Origin: Saprolegnia diclina VS20
Lineage: Eukaryota
NCBI RefSeq assembly: GCF_000281045.1
Contig: NW_008246135.1
Span: forward strand, 38,676 to 102,675
DNA: 64,000 bases
Direction: 5' to 3'
The position numbers and the translations under genes were made by a program. The notes beneath the pieces were generated by a model, which saw only the letters and a list, made by a program, of their open reading frames with translations, was not told the origin of the DNA and did not search any database. How positions within the stretch are numbered: position 1 is the stretch's first letter; every line of letters begins with the position of its first letter. Positions 37,701 to 50,679 of the stretch are shown piece after piece.

Positions 37701-39897
37701 AGGTGGCCCACGAGCAAGAAAAGCTCGCGTGGATCAGCCTGCAAAAGGAGCAAGAGTGCAATGTGACGCAGACGCAGTGGGACGAGCTGCAGGACGAACT
37801 GCGGGACGCGCGCAAGCAAATTGACGACCTCACGAGCCAAATCGACGACTTGCAGCGGCGCGAAGTGGCCTTCTCGGCCGTCCACGTACGTTGTCGTTGG
37901 TGCACTTGACTGTGGTCGACGGATGGATCCGTGTAGAAATGCCAAGAACTCATGGAGGAGCTGGGGCTCCAGGAAGGCGAGCGCGAGATCCAGATGAAGG
38001 AGCTCGCTATCAAGTGCCAACAGGACCTCGACCGCCTCCTCGCGATGAAGCAAGAGAGCCACACGGCGCTGCAGGCGATTGTGCAGCAAGTGATGCTCTG
38101 CGACAAGGCGCTCGGGACGACGTCGCGCCTCGACTTCCCCGCCAAGATGCCGCTGACGATCCAAGTGCAGCAGTGCCAACTCATTTTGCGCGATTTGGAA
38201 AAGACGATTGAAGCGCGCGTGCTCTCGCGACTGCGCAACCTCAAGCTTGCGTCGGAGATGTGCGACGAGCTCCAAATGGGCACGTCGGTGCCGGTGCCGC
38301 TCGGCATGGAGCGCGCGGTGTGGCTGAGCCTCATTGACAAGCAGTCGAAGCTCCAGAAGGACATTGCCGAGACGCTCCAGCGCTTCCATGGCGACATGTG
38401 CGTCTTTGCGATGTTTGATTCGATTGGCGAAGAGAATGCGGACGAGCTCGCGCAGTTGACGAAGCAACTCTTGCTCGAAGGCACGTTGCCGCTCCATGAG
38501 CTCAACATGCAAGAAGACATGACGCTGCTGGAGCTCCTCCAGCAAATGAAGGACTCGCGATGCCGCGACTTGGAAATGTGCATGCACAAGACGCGCGACT
38601 TGTATCTCGAGCTCCAGTTTACGACGGCCGACATTACGGCCGTGAGCGACGCGGTCGTCGCGACCTTGTCATTTCCATTCTCGCCCGAGAACCTCTTGCA
38701 GCGCCTCTTCAACACGGGTAGCGGTCCCTTCTCACGCTGGCTTCTCATGTCGATATGGGTAGGTGGCTCGATGGACATTTCCAGCCAAGGCCTCTGCTAC
38801 ATGCACACGCTCTGCACGAGGTAGTCGTACTATAGGAGGGTGAGAAGACTCACAGATGTCGGTAGTCTCGACTTGATTCGGCAAGCGCGCTTGGAGGTTC
38901 ATGACGCGATCCATGACATGTGGTCCAAGGAAGAGGCGCTGTACAACGCGACGGTGACGCAGAGCCCAAAGCTGGCGCAGCTGCCCATGGCCAAGTCGCC
39001 GCCGAAACTCCACCGCCACGACCGCCACGTTACGAATGCGTCCATGTCGCGGCTGTGCGAGCAGACGGCGCTCTGGGCGCTGCGCGTGCGGCGCATTGTG
39101 TGCGGCAACTTGCGTCTCCTCGAGGACGAGCTCGACAGCTTTGGCATTGAAGACGTCCAAGATCGCATGGACTTTCTTGTTGGGTCGCGCGACCGGCGGC
39201 TCTTTTTGAACGAGCGCAACCTCTTGACGCACTACCACCACGAAGCGCAGCCGTATGCGACGTCGGACGAAGACCGGCCCGAGACGATGGACCTGTTGCA
39301 CTCGCTGGATCCGTACCACGACAGTCTGGGCGCTGAGCTCGCCATGGCGCTTCGCCCGACGCTCCTCGACGACCTCCAAATGGAGTTGGCGTCGTTCCAG
39401 GGCGTGCAGACGGTACTCGAAGACGCCAAGGTCCGGCTCGACTCGCTGAGCAGCATCATGAAGTGTGTGGCCCAGGTACGTGCACGCAATTTTGTATCAA
39501 GTTTGTATCAAGTGCGCGTCTAGATTCGCGAGTACAACAAGAAGATCAACGAGTTTGAAGCCGCGGCCAGCGACAGCGATCGGCTCTTGGACCGTCGCGG
39601 GAGCTCGCTGCGGCTGCTCGACGAGGAGAAGTTTCGCAAGACGGCGGCCAAGAAATACCCCCAGTACGAGCACTACTTTGACTCTGGGTTATGAGACATT
39701 TTTCATTGATTAGGTTGGTGCAAAAGGTGCGGGACGAGGTGGACAAGTGGACCAACCAGTCGGAGCGCGGGTTTGAACTCGACATTCTCGGTGACGACCT
39801 CCAAGCGCTCTTGCGCGACACGATGCAGTACAACACGGAGTTTATGCACCTGAGCTTGATGAAGAACACGCGCACCAAGGCCAAGCGGCTCTCGTAA
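34701..39897 (+). CDS. Kinesin-4-like motor fused to a C-terminal MAP65/Ase1/PRC1 domain (multi-exon)
   Basis: Motor motifs [62 protein letters not shown]; coiled coil; C-terminal [49 protein letters not shown]. Confidence 0.85.
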
Positions 39898-39954
39898 TGC
39901 CCTAATACCATAGCTTACGATTCATATATATAACATAGCATTAGGAGATGGAGA

Positions 39955-42116
39955 CTAGGTCCACAGGAAGCCAAAGCTCACTTCGAGCATGGACGAGATG
40001 CCCCCAAAGCCCGGGAGCATCATGCCCGGGTCGCGGAAGAGGTACTCTTTTGGCGCCTCGGGGGCGTAGAACAAGGTCGAGTGGCGGGTCGGCGGCAACG
40101 GCCTTCGGCTTTCCTTGCGCGATGGCGCAACAACCGCGACGGGCGACGGACTCGTGAGGTCGAGGTCGTCGTCGAGCTCCGTGTCGTCGTCGCTGAAGAC
40201 GCTGATCGGACCGTCGTCCTCGCTCTGGTTGTCGAGGAGACTTCGGCGCAGCACGTTGTTGTTGCTGGTCCGGCGGCCCTTGTCCACGGACGACGTCGAC
40301 GGCCCTTGCTTCTTGAGCCATTCGATGGTCGTGTTGGCCTAGACGCAATGCATGGGACAGAGCAGTAGCAAAGGGCGTCGTACGTCGTGGAGTTGATGGG
40401 TGAGGAGCTTGATCTGGTCCCGCAGCTGCTGCACGAGGAGCATTTGGGTGTCGGCGTTCTTGACGGGCGTGTTGGAGATGCACTACGGAGCGGCTAAGGA
40501 CCCGCGCGTCGCTCTACATGTGGCGGTACCTGGGCCCGCGCTGCGTACTGGAGGGTGCTCAGGTTCTCCTCAAAGCAGAGATCGCTGGGCGCGAGGCAGA
40601 CAACCATGATGGTGATCGAGTTGCCACCCAAACTAGCCGAAAAAAGAGGAGGATGAGCTGCTTGATATGCGTGTTTTTGGTGCGCGTGCCTGTGCTTGAG
40701 GAGCGACGTGAGCTTTGAGTCGCGGTAGGGCACGTGCGTCTTGGCGAGCGCCGAGTTGCTGGGGTTGTTGTTGCTGGCTTCGTCACTGAGGATCTGAATG
40801 ACTTGGCGCAGTACGAAGAGCGACTTATTGATGCCGATCGACTCTTGCAGCGTCACGCCGCTGGCGCCCGTCTTCATGATGCGCTCCGAGCCGGCCAAGT
40901 CGACTAGCCATGCTGCGGATAAGACACGTAGCTCCTTGCATGGGCGTACCGAGGCAAAACTTGGTCGTCGTGACCACGCCCGGGTTCTCGGCGTCGCTCG
41001 ACTCGATGTAGAGCGTGTAGATACAGTGCGAGCGCGACGACGACGCGTTCAAGTTGGTGGTCGCCATGATCTTTTGCTTGATTGCGTCGTGGAAGACCGC
41101 CATCATCTAGTCTCCTCCGTCACTCGTCCAGAACCTCCCGGATGCAAACGTACGTCGGCGGCCGAGGTGCAGTCGACCATCGTGAGGTCCTCGACGTAAA
41201 ACTCGTGGTCGGGCGACCAGCGCAGGCGCAGGCAGCGGCTACCAGAACCAGACGTGAGCGCTGGGCGAGCGCTCTATACTGTACTTTTGGTTGTGGAGCG
41301 TTGGCGCCGGGTTGAGGAGGTCGAGGATCTAATGAGGATCCATGAGGTGCTGGGTGCGAGAGGACGAAGCGGACTTGTTCGTTGTAGATTTGGACGCACG
41401 AACACTTGACGCGGTACGTCTTGTTCTAGTGCGCATTGAGCCTGTCTGCTGGTCGACGAAGGGTCGTCAGTAGTACCTGGACCACCGACGCCGTGTCGAT
41501 CGCGTCAAAGAGGTTGATGATCACACGCGGAATGATCTACACGCGAGACAGCACTGCTGAGGACGAACGGTTGGTCGCAAAGAACGTACGCCGATGCGCG
41601 ACGAGCTGACAGCCACGTTGGCCCGCGACTGGACACGCTCGCGGCTCGCCGTGCTGTTGGAGCGCTAGGCATGCGGAAGCTTGAACGATCGCCAAAGAGG
41701 ATCGCGATCGTCGAACCTCGTACGAGTAGCCTTCCATCGTAAACGTCTTGCCCGAGCCTGTTTGGCCGTACGCAAACAGCGTCGCGTGGTACCTACGCAA
41801 GGGGCATGACGCACGTGCATCGCAGCCTCGTGGGCGTACCCTTCGAGGACGCTCGCGATCGACTGCTGGACGCCGGCAGCGTCGTACATGTCCTCTTGGC
41901 TGGACTTTGGACCCAAGACATGGTCGAAGCGATACGTCTTCTCGGGCGATGCGTTGTTGAGGCGCAGCCGCACCATGTGGTCGTCCCACTGCAGCGTCCG
42001 GGACGAGTGGCTCTTCTCGGACGGGAGCTGCGGCCGGACGCGGACTAAGACGCGGATCTACGTGGCAGCCTGAGTGGCCGAAGCGCCCATCGGAGGCTTC
42101 GTACCTTGCTGTTCAT
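39955..42116 (-). CDS. Kinesin motor protein, possibly kinesin-16/KIF12-like (multi-exon)
   Basis: IRVLVRVRP, YGQTGSGKT, LRLRWSPDHEFYVEDL, SSRSH, DLAGSER, VPYRDSKLT, SLGGNS; family assignment is tentative. Confidence 0.85.
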
Positions 42117-43271
42117 GAGGAAATACGCCAATGTGCCAGCTATTTCCAGCTGCGACGATCTTCATTTGCGTTGCGTGACCAACGCCGTTTGCCACCCAAA
42201 TCTTGCTATCCGGACGGTATCCGGAACCGACTCACCGGATACCTCCGCGAGTATCCGGCATACGCGCCTGTTGCGATCCACACGCAGGCGTGGAAGGCTT
42301 CTCGCGCCATCGGACGTCCAACAGGACGTAGCAGAGAACGCGCGCTGCAAGGTTCGACTCGTAGCGTGGTTTCCTCTTGTTGAAACGTAGGAGAGCGATG
42401 GGTGGTGGCTGTCGAGTGCAAGTACCAGGTACCACAAACGCAGAAGATGGAGAAAAGGTAGCTCGTCGCGGCCAAGACGAGGCGTGATGGAGCGGCCCTC
42501 GACAGCGCGAGTCGTGCGACAAGGATGTGGATGGGCGGCAACTGGCGCAGTTCTTATCGCAGTAGCTTTGGTGGAGGCTCCGTACACGCTTCCACGGGAC
42601 ACCGCGCCGTACACTGTAGATGATGGTGCATGTGCGATATCGTATGGAGCGCTAAACTGCTAGTGCGACGACTTGGTGTCATGGAGCCGACTCAGGTCGA
42701 ACGTTGAAGCCGTGTCGCGCCTGCAACGCATTTCCATACTGAAAACAGTACTAGCTGCGTACATGGTATATACGCGCCAGCGTGTCGCTGGAATAGAAGC
42801 ACGACGACCAGCTTCGTGCAGATAGAAGGCGGCGCAGCGGCGGCCGACTCTCCAGGTCGCGCGTTGTCGGCGGAGATCGATAAGGTACTTGCAGACTGCA
42901 ATGGGATTGGCGCGCGCTACGCCAATCAGTGGTGAGCAATGCTGGCCATTTCAGCCAATCCCCACGCGATGCACGCTGCTCGGCATAGAAAGCGGCGCGG
43001 GAGCTATCACTCGATGCTGGATTGATAATGCTTCCTACATACTGTGTACGGGATCGTTGAAGCTGCCGACTGGCGTGCTGCGCGTCGCACACAAGACGCC
43101 CCCGCGCGGCTGCAGAGAGCGGACGCACTCAGATCTTTGACGTGCGCGCTACGTTCGAAAATCTCATATATACACTATTTCGCGAATTACTCACGACTAT
43201 CCAATAGTGTGAGCAAGTAGAGCTGTATTCGTGTACGACGCGAATTACTGTCGTTTCAGGGCTTCGAGAAC

Positions 43272-43757
43272 ATGACGGACGACGAGGTGCTCGCCAAAGA
43301 CCGCGCCGAGCACCCCGAGTGCAACTACACGACGAGCCTCTCGACTGCCTGCCGCAGCGTCAACGGCGATCGCACATGCGAGACAATCCGCAAGATCTAT
43401 CGCTGCTGCCCAGGCAAGCCAAAGGAGCTCATCATTAATTCGAGTACGAAGGAAGAGGGCGCCGCCGCCGACGACAACAACACTGTCGCGGACGACCCGT
43501 TCCGCCACTTTGGCCCTCGCCGACGCGACGGCCCGGCCTTTTCGATGGGCGACGATCCGTTTGAGGCGATGGACGGCTTCTTCCGCGGTATGATGGGCGG
43601 CACTGGCCCGTTTGGCGGCTTTGACCAGATGCCACGACCGCCGCAGCACGAGACGCCGCCGCACCACGGCTACGAACGCCCGCGGGCGCCACGGCGCCAG
43701 GCCCCGCCCCAGAAAGATGTATTCGATGGCTTTGACGGCCGTGTCGAAGAAATCTAG
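43272..43757 (+). CDS. Small protein resembling plant Fra a 1/Mal d 1-associated protein
   Basis: C-x-C..CETIRKIYRCCPGKPKE N-terminal block, Gly/Phe-rich middle, terminal FDGRVEEI; recalled similarity only. Confidence 0.55.
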   Translation: MTDDEVLAKDRAEHPECNYTTSLSTACRSVNGDRTCETIRKIYRCCPGKPKELIINSSTKEEGAAADDNNTVADDPFRHFGPRRRDGPAFSMGDDPFEAMDGFFRGMMGGTGPFGGFDQMPRPPQHETPPHHGYERPRAPRRQAPPQKDVFDGFDGRVEEI

Positions 43758-44304
43758 CCATCATTATTCCGTGTCGCTGGCTGTCGCTGCAGCGTGTCTA
43801 CGCTCGCGCCTTGGTTTAGCGCATCGCACGAAGCGAATCAGCTCAGCACCGCGCTGCCTCTCTTCTCTGCTGCGCGTTGGTGTGGCTGAGTACCAAGGTT
43901 TTGGACGTATGGCTGCAACTCTGGGAAAACGTGAGACCAAGGTGCAATGCAGCTGCGTTCTGCGTTCACATTTGCTTGGCCTTTCCAGTGGCGCGTGTCG
44001 CGGAGACTTCGAATGCCCCTGACGACGCTGGTCCTGGCGCCAAGGGGCAGCTGCGCCGGGTGGAGTTTGGTGTGGCATCCGCTGCCAGCAGGCATGAAAC
44101 TCCGTCGCGGGCGGCTACTGCGCTTGAATATTTCGCTTCGAGGCAGTGGACGGCGCTTGCTACAGCTCTTCCCATCGCTCGAAGCTCGTGACTACCTTTC
44201 GTGTCGAAGCTGTTCGAGTTTTTAGGCCTAAAATGGTGTGTTCGTGAAAGTCCGGCCTTGTGTTAATGTGCATTGATGTTTCACACTATTTCGATACCCA
44301 GCTC

Positions 44305-44344
44305 TTCGATATTTCGATATTTCGATATTTCGATATTTCGATAT
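44305..44344 (+). repeat. (TTCGATAT)5 perfect tandem repeat
   Basis: Five exact 8-nt units, plus a partial copy at about 44287-44296. Confidence 0.9.
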
Positions 44345-44917
44345 TTTGGGACGCAAAAATGGCGCGCCGACAGAGTCGCACCTTGTGCCCAAGAGAACCA
44401 TCAACTTTTGTTGTTGGAGTCCGTAAAATAGAAGCGGCGACCAGGGATTGAAGCGAAGCCAACGAGATTCGCTGCCTCGTTCTTGACAGCTTGACGCAGT
44501 TCAGCACGTTGGAGGAATGATCGCTCAGCTGAGCCGCGAGCTGAGATTCCACCACGGCTCCATTCGATCGAAACAAGTTTGCGGCCTACGAGCCAAACTC
44601 AGCGAAGCACGGCGCTCGTATAGGACTATAAATATAGGACAATGACGAGTCCCGAGTATGTATCGCCACTCGCCCCGTCGCGTCTCCAAGCGCCACCCCA
44701 CTACATGTGCACTGAATGGTCTCTTTCTTGGCGCCCATCATCGCCATCACCCGGTTGATGTGTAACCGAACGACTAGCTCATCGACCGATCAGCAATGGT
44801 TAGCGGTCAACGTGCTCTCAGGACCCCGCCCAATAGTTGGTGACAAAACCATTTGGTTGGGTGGACTAGACTAGCATGGTATTCTTCTATCGGTCTATAC
44901 TCTATGCACAAGTATTC

Positions 44918-46015
44918 TCATTCTGCCTCGGCTGCATTCCACGTCAAGACGGACGGCAGCGAGAAGCTCGTGTCGGACGCGCCTTCGTCCTTCATGGCCA
45001 CGCGCTCGGGCAAAATGCGAAATTTCGTGCAGCGTTTCGAGCGCGGCCGGCCGACGCGCGACGTGACCTTGAGCTTTGTCACGGGCGACGGCGTGCAAAA
45101 GCCCATGCGGGTCCGGCCCGTTGGCTTGGTCGGTTTGGTCGGCGACGCGCACACGATTTGCAGCGTCACGGGCTGTTGCAGTCGCCGGCTGAGTGCTTTT
45201 GCGAGCTTTTGCCGGCGCAGCCGCGACGGCTGCTGCTTGTCGAGCGCCAGCAGTCGCTCTCGGAACGAAGCCGGCTCAAAATGGAGGCCCGGGATGCCGC
45301 ACTGGGAGGCGATTGTGACATTGTCTGGGCAGTCGTCGATGAGGAGCACGTCGGCGCTCTTGATGGCTTCGTGCAGGAGGAAGTAGTTGGCGGGGTCGGA
45401 CTGCTGGGACTTGCAGGCGGCGAGGCCCGCCGACACGACGTACGACACTTTGTTTTTTCGGTCGAGATGCAGATGATGCGCATCGATACCGGTAAACGTC
45501 TCGGCGTCCGACGCCTGGAGCGTCCATGAACTGTCGTTGCAGCGAAGGACAATCTTCTCTACAATACATTGAGGCATGAGGTCCGATGTGCGTTGATAAC
45601 AGCGCTCTAGTCGCACCGGCAACAGACGGCTCAAAACACAGCTGCAAGACCGCTTCAATGAGGTCGCGCTGCGGCGAAAAGGTCACGAGCGCGACGGTCA
45701 GCTGGCTCTTCTCGGTCAAGAGCGGGCAGAGGTACCGAAAGTACGCCCTAGATGACGCCATCATGATGAATGCGGCATGGACTCGTGTCACTCGTACCGG
45801 ACTTGGAGCGCGAGTTCGTCAGCCGACTGAGACCACTCGCCGTTGGTGTGCACCTTGACAAATGTCGCATCAAAGTCGATGCAGACAAGGCGACAGCCCA
45901 TTTCAGAGAGCGCCTCAACGGTCTCATGGGCCATGCGCGCAGCGACATGGTCGTCTTCCATGTCGTGCTCGTCGTCCGTCTCCAAGACCGGATCCTCTGC
46001 GTACATGGGGTCCAT
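44918..46015 (-). CDS. HAD-superfamily hydrolase/phosphatase (cap-poor type; multi-exon)
   Basis: Motif I LVCIDFDATF, motif II ALVTFS, motif III Lys (KNK), motif IV LLIDD..NV. Confidence 0.75.
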
Positions 46016-47056
46016 GTGGGGCGAAGCACGGACCTAATCGTCGCCGTTCCATGAGCCATCCCATGCCATGGCAGGGCGCTACGCCGATGCATCGCAGTCT
46101 GCCGCATGCGCAGGCGGTGACCGCCAGGCGCATGGGCGACAGCCATCGCCAGAGAGCAGCTATGGTCGTTGTCGTACCGAGGGTCGTCGTCCGCGTCGTC
46201 GCCAAAGCGAATTTGCGCCGGTACAGTTTGAATATTCGGTTTTCAGCCAATGAACACACAGCTGTTTGCTCATTTTATAGTTTATCTTGTTGACTCTATG
46301 TGAAGTGACGAGGACGCTATTAAAATACCTTCGCGCCATACCCGACAAGGAATTTTGAACCGAGCGGGTTGTGACGCCCACAAACAACTATCGTCGTGCT
46401 ACTATCCACCTATCTATCTATCCAACTATTCATCTACTAGTATCTATAATCCATTCACCGATCGATTTGATTTCATGGGCGGGCTCAGCGACACCGTGTT
46501 GCTGAGAGTATTTTCGTGCAGTAGTTGCCTCTCACGTCTTGTCGCCAGAGTCGCATTGCCGACGGGCAGTCCACGGACGTTGACAGCATTGGACCAAGCC
46601 CGAGCGGCAGACAGGCTGCGACTGCGCCGGCATCAAAGTCACACCCCTCACATCACGAAGACAAGTCTCGGCAAGATGTGGATCAGACAAACTCGAACCG
46701 TTGGCGCTGGCACGACACCACTGCAGCACTGTACGACCACAGACACGTCCGCACCAACTCGAAGCACGCAAAAGCCCTCTCTGTCGACGCAGCGATTCGC
46801 ATACAGCTTCACAGCGCTGCCACGTCACGCGGTCCAGAGATGCGGCAATCTCGTTTGATTCGAGCACGGCTTCGGCTGGCTGCACACCGCCACTGCCGCC
46901 ACACGTGATTAGCCGTCGTCACGCAGTAGCAGACTTGGAGCCCAAGACACGACGTAGCCCACGTTGTCGTCCCAAGCATTGCCTTCTGGCGCTTGCAGTG
47001 AACCAACTTCAAGTTTCTCGGCGGCGTATCCGGATAAAGGTCAAAGTCGGATCAGC

Positions 47057-48215
47057 ATGGCCTCGGGCATCACGCACGGCTTCCTCCGCGCCGTGGGGCG
47101 GACGCCCTTGATCAAGCTCGGGTCGCTGAGCGCGCTCACGGGCTGCAACATCCTCGCCAAGGCCGAGTTCATGAACCCCGGCGGGTCCGTCAAGGACCGG
47201 GCAGCGCTCTACGTGGTCGAGGGCCAAGAGAAGGCCGGGCTTCTCGCGCCAGGGGGCACGGTCGTCGAGGGCACGGCCGGCAACACGGGCATTGGCCTCG
47301 CCCACGTCTGCGCCGCCAAGGGCTACAACTGCGTCATCTACATGCCGGATACGCAGAGCGCCGAGAAGATCCAGGCGCTGCGCATCCTCGGCGCCGACGT
47401 CCGCCCCGTGCCCGCGGTGGCGTTCACCGACCCGCTCAACTACAACCACCAGGCGCGCGCGTACGCCGAGAGCCTGCCCAACGGTACGACACCTTACACA
47501 CTCATATCTGGGATGACCACGAACTAGCGGTTTGGACCAACCAGTTTGACAACGTCGCCAACCGACTCGCCCACTTCGAGACGACGGGCCCCGAGATTTT
47601 TGCGCAGACGCAAGGCGACGTCGACGCCTTTACGTGCGCGACGGGCACAGGCGGGACGCTGGCAGGTACGTCCGGACGCAGTCATCACAAGTTGACGCCG
47701 AACGTTGTCAAGGTACGGCGCTGTACCTCAAGGAGCGCAAGCCGGGGGTTCGCATCGTACTGGCGGACCCGCCCGGTAGCGTGTTGTACCGCCACGTGCA
47801 TGACAATGTCCTCGAGCGCACGGGCAATGGCAGCATCACCGAAGGAATCGGTCAAGGCCGCGTCACCGAGAACCTCCGCGGGGCGCCGATCGATGACGCA
47901 GTGCACATTGAGGACCACCGGTCGATTGAGATGGTACTTGGACCACAGTCCTGGAACTGCAAAGCTGACTGTCGAGTGCAGGTCTACCGGCTGCTCAAGG
48001 ACGAAGGTATTTTTGTCGGCGCGTCGTCGGGCCTCAACGTGACGGCAGCCGTCGACGTTGCCAAGGCCATGGGACCTGGCCATACTGTCGTCACGATCCT
48101 CTGCGACAGCGCCGCGCGGTACCAGTCTCGCCTCTTCAGCCGCTCGTGGCTCGAAGGAAAAGGGCTGCTTGCGGCCGTGCCCGTCGACTGCCAATCGCTC
48201 GTCTCGTTGCCGTGA
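47057..48215 (+). CDS. cysK: Cysteine synthase (O-acetylserine sulfhydrylase, PLP-dependent; 3 introns)
   Basis: [60 protein letters not shown]. Confidence 0.93.
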
Positions 48216-48241
48216 TCACATTACTGGATCTTAGTCTCGTT

Positions 48242-50321
48242 TTATCGAAAGGGTCGAAGCCACTCGTGTTGCAGTGCGTCGTCGAGGGACCGCCGGAGCT
48301 CCACGGGCCGGAGGAGGCCGTGTACAAAGTCTTTAGCAGTCGTCGATAGCGTCGGGCTCGATAGCAGTCTACAGAGCCCATTACATGGTCGTCGTCATGA
48401 CGCATCGTACAGTGGAAAGGGCGGGCAGTCTTGTTCGTACCACGCAGCGATCTTGGCAAACACGTCCTACACAGAGTTGGGGAGGTGTAGACAAAACGCA
48501 GGTTTTACGTCGCCGTGGAATGGGGTTTGGCCAAGGAGGAGTTCGTACGCCAGGACGCCGAGGCTCCAAATGTCGACCTCGCAGCCGTACTCGCCGCGAC
48601 ACACGATTTCGGGGCCCATGTACTCGGGCGTGCCACAGAATGTCCGGCGACGGGTATCGGGAGGTGGCGCGTGGGCAGCGAGACCGAAGTCGGCGACCTT
48701 GATGCCACCTTCGGGACCGAGCAAGAGATTGTCGGGCTACGTCACCAACGAGAATGGCTTCGAGCGACCCATAGTACGGTGGAAGCGTACCTTGATGTCG
48801 CGGTGGATCACATGCCGCTCATGGAGGTACTTGAGCGCGCACGCAACCTGATAAATATAGTGGGCAGCCGTGGCCTCAGGAAAGCTGCCATTCGGTTGGT
48901 CGGCCAAAAGCTTCTGGAGCGTCCCGCGGGGCGCGTATTCGAGGATCAAGTAGAGGAGTGCGTCGTCGTGAAAGTGGCCGTACAGGCGCAGAATGTTGGG
49001 GTGCAAGAGGCGCGACTACCGGGGCGCCGTTGAAGTTCAAGCTGAATCAAGTCATTGATCGTACCTGGATCGCGACCTCCATTTTCAGGCTTTGCATGCC
49101 CGCATCGTCGAGACGGAGCTTGGTCAACACCTAACGACATGTGCGCACGTCGACCACCGAGATGGGATGACCAACCTTGAGGGCGACCTCCTTCTCGGCG
49201 GCCGTTCTCTGTCTCGCCAAGTAGACGTACCCAAACTTGCCAAAGCCAAGCTTCTTGTCTGTAAACTTGAAGTCGTCGCGTGTCCATTTCCTACATGTAC
49301 CATGCGTATGAAGATCATCACGCGGGATGGCGAAAGGACGTGAGGATGTACCGTGTACGCGGGGCAAGCGAGACTGACGGCGCGTCCATCGATTGCCGCT
49401 CAATAGACGAGCGGCTCAAGGACGTCCGGCGCGCCAAGCTTGTAAAGGCTGGGCGGCTCTGCCACGGAGAGGGCTGCGCGGTTGACTCGCCACCGCTCGA
49501 GCGCGACGCGGGTTGGTTGTCACTACTCTCATCCGAATCGCTGTCTTGGTGCGTTGCAAGCACACGGAGAGGGCCGGCACCGAGGTTGGAGACGCGTCGG
49601 TGGTGCGGCTTGAGTGGGTTGGCCACGGATGCTCGTCGATCTTCGACCTGGGTCATGGGCTTGGGTCGAAGCTGATCCATGCTGACACGTCGCTGGATGA
49701 CGGAGGGGGCGGGAGGCGCAACAAAGGACGGGGTCGATACGATCGGCGAAGTCGTCTTGGATGGTCCTGTCATCGACGACGAGGACGACGTCGACAAGCG
49801 CTTGCGCTCAAACGACTTGGTCAACGAGGTCGATGGCGACGACGTCGAGCTGCTCGAGACCCGCCGCAATGGCGACGCGGTGGCAGATGGTGCTCGCTGG
49901 GACGCGCTTCGGTAGACGTCGGTTGTTGAGGAAGATGCACTCGACGACTGCGAGGACGATCCAGATCTGGCAGGGGCGTCGTTCACAAGGGCAGGAGGCG
50001 TAGGCTCGGGAACGATGGCCACCGCCACGACGGGTGTTGCATCGTCCTTCGCCTCGCGCGCGTTGGCCGAGGGTACGCTCGTCACCTCGATCGACGGGGC
50101 TGGTGGCGCCGTCTTGGACGCCTTGGCCACGAGCACCTTGGAGCGCGCTTGCTTTGCAGGCCCCAGATTCCTCGCCGGGACCTGCTTCTTGGACGGAGGA
50201 GCGGCCCTACATGGAGAGCGATGGTTGAGGTAGACGCAAGCAGCATGTGGACGCACCGGTTCCGCGCGGCCTCCTCCCGCTTCCGCTTCTGCTCCCTCCA
50301 CGCCTGGAGCTTGGCCTCCAT
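48242..50321 (-). CDS. Aurora-family Ser/Thr kinase with a long disordered N-terminus (multi-exon)
   Basis: WTRDDF..LGFGKFGYVYLAR, EVAIQSRLLHPNILRLYGHFHD..YLILEYAPRG, HRDIKPDN, DFG..RRRTFCGTPEY. Confidence 0.88.
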
Positions 50322-50679
50322 GTCCCGGGTTCAAAGTCTGGCAATATTTTACCGCCACCTTTTTTAAATGTCCGACCGACCATACAAACAACAAATGATT
50401 TTGAGTTTTCAATTCTAACCAATCAGCGTGCAGAATAAACGTGTCGGCAAAGATCACCAAGCGCTTGGCGCCACGACGCCTTAGTCGAGTTAGTCGATAT
50501 GACCTCGACTTTAGTCGGATAGGGTCGTACACGGTCCAGCACGCGAGCCTCTTCCTCTCGATCGCGTCACTCATTGGCGTCGACTAGACTCGTTAGTCGC
50601 CAAGCTCATCTGCGATTTACAAAGCTTAATATGGTGTCAACCTTGACAGCACGTAAAAATAGTATTGTCCTGTTGCGCC

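Noticed and set aside
37253..38778. Two ORFs of about 445 aa on the minus strand within the kinesin-4 gene
   Set aside because: Antisense shadows of the codon-biased coding strand
42160..43140. Several 70-150 aa ORFs between the second kinesin and the 161-aa gene
   Set aside because: No motif and no consistent spliced model could be built
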